From Octopus sinensis (lineage: Eukaryota), in assembly GCF_006345805.1 (NCBI RefSeq), contig NC_043004.1, positions 16,988,001 to 17,052,000 on the forward strand: DNA of 64,000 nt. Reading direction: 5' to 3'. The translations under genes and the position numbers were made by a program. Below, piece after piece: positions 56,122 through 64,000 of this stretch (positions within the stretch are counted from its first letter, which is position 1; every line of letters starts with the position of its first letter). The notes beneath the pieces were generated by a model that was not told the origin of the DNA, did no database searches, and saw only the letters and a list, made by a program, of their open reading frames with translations.

Positions 56122-57294
56122 CCTAAAATACATACTGTATCATTTGAGACGAAGCGTCAAAGCACAAATATGCAAATTAGGTTACCGACTTATATAGTAT
56201 CCTAATGTATTACAGCTTTTTATAGCAACTGAGCTACGTTACTGATTGAAGGAAACGTGACAGAAAGAAGCATGACGCATTATCTCGGAGGAGCGATCAA
56301 CCGATTGTGAAACGGTCCGCCAGGAGAGCTTAATACATTTTATTTTATTAAATATGAATATTTTGAATTATATGCTAATATATCTTAAAGATTTTATGTC
56401 GTCCTTGAATGTCAGACGAATGTCTTTAGTACAATGTACATTGGATCTTTTATAACATGACTTGTACTGTAGTGGATCGCTTGAGATCGTGTGCAGATAA
56501 AATTCTACTACCTTGCTTTTCTTTCATTCATAATAAATTAATGAAAGATTATCATCGAGGATTCAATCAAATATACTTTTCCTTTGCTAAATGCAAGGGA
56601 AGAATAAGATGCCATGATACAAATAAGGTATTTTCTAAATGTAAGTTGAATGATAGTTAGCATCCGATATGAAACGAAACACTTTCCTTGAATATACTAA
56701 ATCATAGAGGAATATATAAACGAATATATTGGCAAGACCTACTGAATTTACTGTGATGTTTCATTGATTACGAGGGTTGAGCATTGGCATGATTAATGAC
56801 CAACATCGAACAAACGTCATTTAGATTGTTGGGAAGATTCTAATAAATCATTTCTCAGTAATGCTTTAATTGTCTTTGACATGAGAGCGTATCTGAGCCC
56901 GAACTAAATCGGAAATTAAACTCCACGAATTTTAGTCAACCAGTGTTCCCCACATCATACCACCTCCATGATCACTTCCTACAAAATTTAAACAACCTTA
57001 TCTATAAAAGCTTTTTTTTTTAAGCCATGACTTTGTAGGGCGAAAAAGGTAATTGGTTTTAAATGAGACTAGTCTTGCTTAAACTGGCACAGATTTTCAC
57101 ATCGAATGAGAGATTTATTATTGTTAAATTTTCCCAGTCGATTTTTCACTTGCGGCAAAGTAAGGAACTTCATGAATTTATATCCCCCATCATCCCACCC
57201 CATTGTCATTGTATTCAGTTCTATTCATTTAGAATCTGATCTCTCCAGCTATCATAGGGGCACCCTTTGTTCTTTTTTCCAAAAATCGTACCCT

Positions 57295-57329
<35 letters not shown>

Positions 57330-57340
57330 CATACATACAT

Positions 57341-57450
<110 letters not shown>

Positions 57451-57487
57451 ACAAAGTGAAGTTTTAAGGTACCGCACGACTGGAAAT

Positions 57488-57597
57488 ATATATGAAAGAA
57501 GGTTTGAAAATGCAATTTTAAAAGAATAAACATGTTTTAAAAATTTTATAGATGTTTGTTCTTTTAAAATTGCATTTTCAAACCTTCTTTCATATAT
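57488..57597. repeat. Hairpin, 46-bp arms
   Basis: atatatgaaagaaggtttgaaaatgcaattttaaaagaataaacat / atgtttgttcttttaaaattgcattttcaaaccttctttcatatat (1 mismatch). Confidence 0.9.
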
Positions 57598-57841
57598 ATA
57601 TATATGAGAAAGCCCAAAAGACGAACGCTTGATGAGACCAAATAATTTTCGAGAGAAGCATTTAACTTGAGTAAAAATGTATTGTTGTTAAATCATTTCT
57701 CTCAGACTTCAGCTTTTCCAAAGACATTAAATGAAGTACGAATGGCGTATGCTCTTAAATGTCTTTTTTTTTTCTACAATCCGTCGCAAGGAAAATAATT
57801 GTTCTGCTGCACCTCTTCCAGGATGGTAGAAAGCCTGAGAA

Positions 57842-57902
57842 CAAGAAAAGCAGAAGTAGAAACCTCTTTAATAAAAAGAGGTTTCGACTTCTGGTTTTCT
57901 TG
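57842..57902. repeat. Hairpin, 28-bp arms
   Basis: caagaaaagcagaagtagaaacctcttt / aaagaggtttcgacttctggttttcttg (2 mismatches). Confidence 0.85.
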
Positions 57903-58499
57903 ATCATCATAGCTTCTCTTATAGAAGAGACGCTATGAAGGTCAAGAATGATTTGTAGTTGGGACTTGGAAGTCTCACTGGTCGATAGCTTTTAAACTTG
58001 ATTTGGTTAATCTTTTGGAAATTTACAGTAATGTGCTCTCTTTTGAAAGAAGATGGTTTATCACTGATTTTCATGATGCTGTTAAAATTTTGAATGTTTT
58101 TGGATGAATCTCGGTCAGACTGAAGCAAACTTATACAAAATTTATCAAAACCAGTGCTTTTTACTATTTTGAGTTCAGTAACAGATCCTTCTACCTCAGA
58201 TAATATTTTAGTATTGTGTTAAATCCACGTCTTTGTTGTTTTATGAGGGATATATAACTCAGTATGCTACTCTTAGTAGATAGCTGGCCAACGTTCAAGG
58301 ATATCATCCTGATTTCACTATTAATTCAACATTTCCAAGACTTAAGTTCTTCCGATGCTTTCGAGTTTGACTAACTTTCTTCTCTAGTTTAATTTTTTAA
58401 TTTTTTTTTTGCTATAACTATCTATAACTATTTTGTTACAGCTTTAACTCCTCAGTGAGGCTGTCACCATATGACTTCCGAATAAGCTAGTTTTCTACT

Positions 58500-58654
58500 G
58501 GCAGAGCTGTGTGGTTCACGCGTAAGTCTTGCAGCCAGGTGGTTTTGCCTTCAGTCTGATTATGTAGTACATTGAGCAAGTGCCTTCTACTATAACCATG
58601 AATTCACCAATGTTTTGTGAGTGTATTTGGTAGACAGAAACTGTGTGGAAGCCC

Positions 58655-58660
<6 letters not shown>
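58500..58660 (+). mobile_element. SINE family A, 5' half
   Basis: gctgtgtggttc..ttgagcaagtgccttctactata..tttggtagacagaaactg..gaagcccgtc. Confidence 0.75.
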
Positions 58661-58718
<58 letters not shown>

Positions 58719-59429
58719 ACTTATAATAATAACACATACTCGCTACACATAGCTTATAATTATAATGATGGTTTCAAATTTTAGCCCAAAGCCAGCAATT
58801 TCGGGAGTGATATTAAGTCGATTACATTAATTCCAATGTTCAACTGATACGCATTTTATCGACCCCGAAAGGGATGGAAGGCAAAGACGGCCTTGGCGGA
58901 ATTTGAACTCAGAACGTAATGACAGACGACAACTGCTAAGTATTTGCCTGGCGTGCCAACTATTCCACCAGTTCAGCGCCTTACAACTAGTAATTAATAA
59001 CGAAGAGCATTTTAGTTTGCTTGAGAGATTGTGATGATAAAGCAGAATAACAAAGACAGAGAAAGAGAGCTTCTTTCAATCCAAGGGAGAACGTTTTAAA
59101 ATCCCTTCATGTATTCCAGCCGTAAAGGCCCACCTTCAGAAGTACACAGCTAAGCAATGTCAGTCTACTTACATCCCGCCATAAAGCGGACATTTGAAAC
59201 CTGAAATATGTGGAGGTTTTTTAAACTATCCTCCTTTGCATAATAACAAGTTTCCTTTCTTTTCGTTTATTTTTAAAATAATTTTATTGTTTATTCTCTG
59301 TCGCCTTCCTTCCGAGTCAACTTACGAGGAGCGTATTGTTATATTTATCACTGTTGTCCGAGTGTGTGTGTGTGTGTGTGCGTGCGCGCGCGCGTGTGTG
59401 TGTTTGTGTGTGTATAAATATATATATAT

Positions 59430-59630
59430 TACCCTGGCTTTGGGTAAAAGAAAATACAGGAGGACCAGTTAATTCAACATATGGTTATATTCAACATATT
59501 CCTCTCTGAGATTCACACATTTATTGCAGCGGTCAGTTTTTCTAAGCCTTATAAAAGTACTTGGAATATTGGGCCTCCAGCCAGGCCTTTCGCGACACCC
59601 TTAAAGCCAGAACCTTTTCAGTAACCTTTC
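59430..59630. mobile_element. Mariner-type MITE remnant
   Basis: cctggcttt ... aaagccagaacc inverted ends; internal match to 44563-44715. Confidence 0.6.
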
Positions 59631-59700
59631 ATATACATATACATACATACACAAACACACACACACACACAACACACACACACACACAACATATATATAC

Positions 59701-59731
<31 letters not shown>

Positions 59732-60221
59732 TGTGCATATATATATATGCAAGACTATAAATTAAATTGACTATAAATTAAAAGACTATAAATTAAAAAC
59801 GCTATAAATATAAATTAATTGACCAAGACTATAAATTAAATTAAATTAAATTAAATTAAGTGAAAAGCTAGATCTCTAACAATTTTTTTTCCTGATACCT
59901 TAATTGCTTCTAAGCTGAAATGAAGACAGTATGATTTTTGTATATCTCCTTATCTCCTTAAGTAAAATTATACTAATGTGTCCATCTGTTTTAATTTAAT
60001 TCAATAATTCTGTTATAATTAATTTAATAATTCTATGTATTTATGCAGTTGAGGATTGCTCTGCATTTAAATTGATGTAAGTGTTGCATTCTTCAATTAA
60101 ATGGAGTTGCTTGAAACGAACGTACTACATTACCTCTGGATAGCCTGTTGTTTATTTTGACTTTAATCATCTTATTTTGAAACTGTACTAAATTCTGGTG
60201 CCTCAACTTAAGTAGCTAATT

Positions 60222-60419
60222 CATTGTGTATTAAAGCTACCATTGGTTTCATGTTAAAGAAATTCTCAACAATTATTCCAACCAAGCATTTAGTAAAATT
60301 GGTCTTTGTCTCCATTTTGGATTAATGGAGACAAAGACCAATTTTTCTATATTAATGGCTTGAATAATTGCTGGGAATTTCCTTAACATGGAACAAATGG
60401 TAACCTTGATACACAAATG
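60222..60419. repeat. ~200-bp imperfect palindrome (MITE-like)
   Basis: Perfect core aaaattggtctttgtctccatt / aatggagacaaagaccaatttt with diverged outer arms (cattgtgta..caattattc / gaataattg..tacacaaatg). Confidence 0.8.
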
Positions 60420-60559
60420 GAAAATCTTTATCCACCAATGAGGTGTTGAATACTCATGCTCACTATTTATTTATCAATCCATCTACCTATCTATCTTTGT
60501 CTGTCTGTTTCTCTCCCTCTCTCACTCTCTCTATATACATACATATATATATATATATA

Positions 60560-60687
60560 ACAATAATAATAATAGGGATTTACAAATATATGCATATATA
60601 TATGTATATATATACATATATATATGTGTGTGTATGAACAATCATAGCAATAATAAGGTTCTACATATATATATATATATATACATG

Positions 60688-60720
<33 letters not shown>

Positions 60721-60843
60721 ATATCAACAATCATAACAATAATGAGGATCTACACATATATATAATATGTATATATATATATGTATAATATATGTGTGTG
60801 TGTGTGTGTGTGTTTATCAACAATCATAACAATAATAAGGATC

Positions 60844-60877
<34 letters not shown>

Positions 60878-60986
60878 TTATATATATATGTTGGTGTGGT
60901 GTATATATTTAAATAAATATAATATATGTGTGTGTGTGTGGTGGTGTATCAACAATCATAACCAAATAAGGATCTATATATATATA

Positions 60987-61020
<34 letters not shown>

Positions 61021-61030
61021 ATATATATAT
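60560..61030. repeat. Compound minisatellite: aacaatcataacaataataaggatcta plus (TA)n(TG)n, ~5 units
   Basis: Motif at ~60560, 60637, 60725, 60818 and 60950. Confidence 0.8.
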
Positions 61031-61326
61031 ATAATATATATTATAATAATTAATTATAAGGGTGAAAGAATAGATACTAATTTAATAGCAATTTTATTCA
61101 ACACCAAGTGGCCTAGTGCTACGAGAAACCTGATTATTATAATATTTTATAACATATTATAATATTTTTACAAAATAAATATAAGAGAGTGGTCAATATA
61201 TTGCTCACTCTAGCACAGTTAATCCAAAAGTTTCAACCACGAAGATACATGTTTCCCATGAAAGCCAGTACGACTGTTAGCTCACACGGACAGGGCAAGT
61301 AAAAAATAACAAAAATACAGATTATT

Positions 61327-61403
61327 TTGGGACAATTGTTTCGCTATTAATGAATTAAATGTAATATACTTACAAAAAAATCCATTTGTAGCTCGTCAGC
61401 CAA
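61327..61403 (-). ncRNA. Type I hammerhead ribozyme, copy 1
   Basis: Minus strand ttgg-CTGACGA-gcta..tagc-GAAA-caattg-TC-ccaa; cleavage predicted after C at 61331. Confidence 0.88.
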
Positions 61404-61858
61404 GACTATCTGGATGAAATCCACTCAATCACACGCCAGATTTTACCATAACGATAAATACGCGTGTGGTTCAATTGATTACATCCGACGTTATAATTCA
61501 AATGCCCCAACCAACAGCGCGCCAAACTTTCACGGAAAACAAATACAGCATTTAGAAATAAATGCAGCATAATTATAATTAGTTAATAAGGGTGAAAGAA
61601 TTAGATACTAATTTAATAGCATATTTATTCAACACCAAGTGGCCTAGTGCTACGAGAAACCTGGATTATTATAATATTTTATAACATATTATATATTTTA
61701 CAAAAATAATATAAGAGAGTGGTCAAATATTGCTCACTCTAGCACCAGTTAATCCAAAAGGTTTCAACCACGAAGATACACATGTTTCCCATGAAAGCCA
61801 GTACGACTGTTAGCTCACACGGACAGGGCAAGTAAAAAATACAAAAATACAGATTATT

Positions 61859-61936
61859 TTGGGACAATTGTTTCGCTATTAATGAATTAAATGTAATATT
61901 ACTTACAAAAAAATCCATTTGTAGCTCGTCAGCCAA
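61859..61936 (-). ncRNA. Type I hammerhead ribozyme, copy 2
   Basis: Same motif; cleavage predicted after C at 61863. Confidence 0.88.
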
Positions 61937-62624
61937 GACTATCTGGATGAAATCCACTCATCACACGCCAGATTTTACCATAACGATAAATACGCGTGTG
62001 GTTCAATTGATTACATCCGACGTTATAATTCAAATGCCCCAACCAACAGCGCGCCAAACTTTCACGGAAAACAAATACAGCATTTAGAAATAAATGCAGC
62101 ATAATTATAATTAATTAATAAGGGTGAAAGAATTAGATACTAATTTAATAGCATATTTATTCAACACCAAGTGGCCTAGTGCTACGAGAAACCTGGATTA
62201 TTATAATATTTTAATATTAATATAATTATTATAATATATATACATGTATCTTCGTGGTTGAAACCTTTTGGATTAACTGGTGCTAGAGTGAGCAATATAT
62301 TGACCACTCTCTTATATTTATTTTGTAAAAATATTATAATATGCTATAAAATATTATAATAATCCAGGTTTCTCGTAGCACTAGGCCACTTGGTGTTGAA
62401 TAATATGCTATTAAATTAGTATCTAATTCTTTCACCCTATTAATTAATTATAATTATATGCTTTTTTTATTTCTAAATGCTGTATTTGTTTTCCGTGAAA
62501 GTTTGGCGCGCTGTTGGTTGGGGCATTTGAATTATAACGTCGGATGTAATCAATTGAACCACACGCGTATTTATCGTTATGGTAAAATCTGGCGTGTGAT
62601 TGAGTGGATTTCATCCAGATAGTC

Positions 62625-62701
62625 TTGGCTGACGAGCTACAATGGATTTTTTTGTAAGTAATATTACATTTAATTCATTAATAGCGAAACAAATGTCCCA
62701 A
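62625..62701 (+). ncRNA. Type I hammerhead ribozyme, copy 3
   Basis: ttgg-CTGACGA-gcta..tagc-GAAA-caaatg-TC-ccaa; cleavage predicted after C62697; one change in the stem III palindrome. Confidence 0.82.
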
Positions 62702-63150
62702 AATAATCTGTATTTTTGTTATTTTTTACTTGCCCTGTCCGTGTGAGCTAACAGTCGTACTGGCTTTCATGGGAAACATGTATCTTCGTGTTGAAACCTT
62801 TTGGATTAACTGGTGCTAGAGTGAGCAATATATTGACCACTCTCTATATTTTATTTTGTAAAAATATTATATGTTATAAAATATTATAATAATCCAGGTT
62901 TCTCGTAGCACTAGGCCACTTGGTGTTGAATAAATATGCTATTAAATTAGTATCTAATTCTTTCACCCTTATTAATTAATACATTATGCTGCATTTATTT
63001 CTAAATGCTGTTTTGTTTTCCGTGAAAGTTTGGCGCGCTGTTGGTTGGGGCATTTGAATTATAACGTCGGATGTAATCAATTGAACCACACGCGTATTTA
63101 TCGTTATGGTAAAATCTGGCGTGTGATGAGTGGATTTCATCCAGATAGTC

Positions 63151-63228
63151 TTGGCTGACGAGCTACAAATGGATTTTTTTGTAAGTAATATTACATTTAA
63201 TTCATTAATAGCGAAACAATTGTCCCAA
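63151..63228 (+). ncRNA. Type I hammerhead ribozyme, copy 4
   Basis: ttgg-CTGACGA-gcta..tagc-GAAA-caattg-TC-ccaa; cleavage predicted after C63224. Confidence 0.88.
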
Positions 63229-63382
63229 AATAATCTGTATTTTTGTTATTTTTTACTTGCCCTGTCCGTGTGAGCTAACAGTCGTACTGGCTTTCATGGG
63301 AAACATGTATCTTCGTGGTTGAAACCTTTTGGATTAACTGGTGCTAGAGTGAGCAATATATTGACCACTCTCTTATATTTAT

Positions 63383-63432
<50 letters not shown>

Positions 63433-64000
63433 CATATATATATATATGCCTGAATGTGTTTGATGCGCGTGAAAGAGAGAATATGTGAGAGTCTCTGGAG
63501 ACTACTTCTGTATATTACACCTATTATATCTATGATGTGGGCAAGATTTCAACCGAGAAAGGCGAGGCCCGAAACTAGAGCCGAATACTCCCTGAAGCGT
63601 CACCTCTGTAACGACAACAATAAGATTATATCCGAAAGCGAGAGACTGTGTCTAGTTGGATTAATCTAGAATCTAACCTATCTAATCTAGTTTGTGTAAT
63701 TTGGCGTACAAATTATCATTCGGTAAATATAATTGAACAATCCCTCAGTAATCAGGAATGAATTAAAACTCAATCATATAAATATTAATGATGATATAAT
63801 TTAATTTCACTGTGATTATGTCAAACTTGCAAGTTTGATTTAATGAATTTTTCGATCATTCTTGATCTCATTAAGATTCGATTATTTACGAAAGATACCC
63901 AATATATTGTGAAAGCACACTAAGTCGATAAAACAAATAAGTCGATAAATTTATCACATTTGAAGCGTAAAAGTATAGTAGGCATCCTAGTATTTCTGAT

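Larger units (their letters stand above)
61048..62212 (-). mobile_element. Left arm: ~2.2 tandem copies of a ~530-bp hammerhead-containing unit (retrozyme / Penelope pLTR-like)
   Basis: aagggtgaaagaa recurs at 61058, 61588 and 62120; no ORF. Confidence 0.88.
62242..63383 (+). mobile_element. Right (inverted) arm: ~2.15 tandem copies of the same ~530-bp unit
   Basis: Reverse complement of the left arm; ttctttcaccct at ~62430 and ~62960. Confidence 0.88.

Noticed and set aside
57625-57660. ttgatgag..tcgagag hammerhead-like string
   Set aside because: Lacks CUGANGA, GAAA and paired stems
59752-59860. gactataaattaaa short tandem repeats
   Set aside because: Simple slippage-derived low-complexity repeat with no further structure
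60560-61030. Repeat-spacer pattern resembling a CRISPR array
   Set aside because: Spacers are (TA)n/(TG)n of variable length, the context is eukaryotic and there are no cas genes

Overview
AT-rich eukaryotic genomic DNA, most likely from an octopus (cephalopod). The call rests on very dense (TA)n/(CA)n/(TAGA)n/(CATA)n/(TAA)n microsatellites and on tRNA-derived SINEs resembling the octopus OR/CORE type. No intact host gene can be supported, and nearly all listed ORFs are microsatellite read-throughs or transposon relics. The window holds three SINE families, decayed LINEs (RTE-like, Dong/R4-like, HERO-like and an ORF1 relic), mariner and hAT-type elements, a 134-bp solo-LTR-like insert, a 5S rRNA pseudogene, a ~1.73-kb tandem duplication, several DNA hairpins and one 100-N gap. 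The most notable feature is at 61.05-63.38 kb: a non-coding ~530-bp unit repeated in tandem on both arms of a large inversion. Each full unit carries a complete type I hammerhead ribozyme (4 copies), giving a retrozyme / Penelope-pLTR-like self-cleaving RNA array predicted to release ~530-nt monomers. Two further unrelated hammerhead motifs lie at ~17.1 kb and ~28.2 kb.
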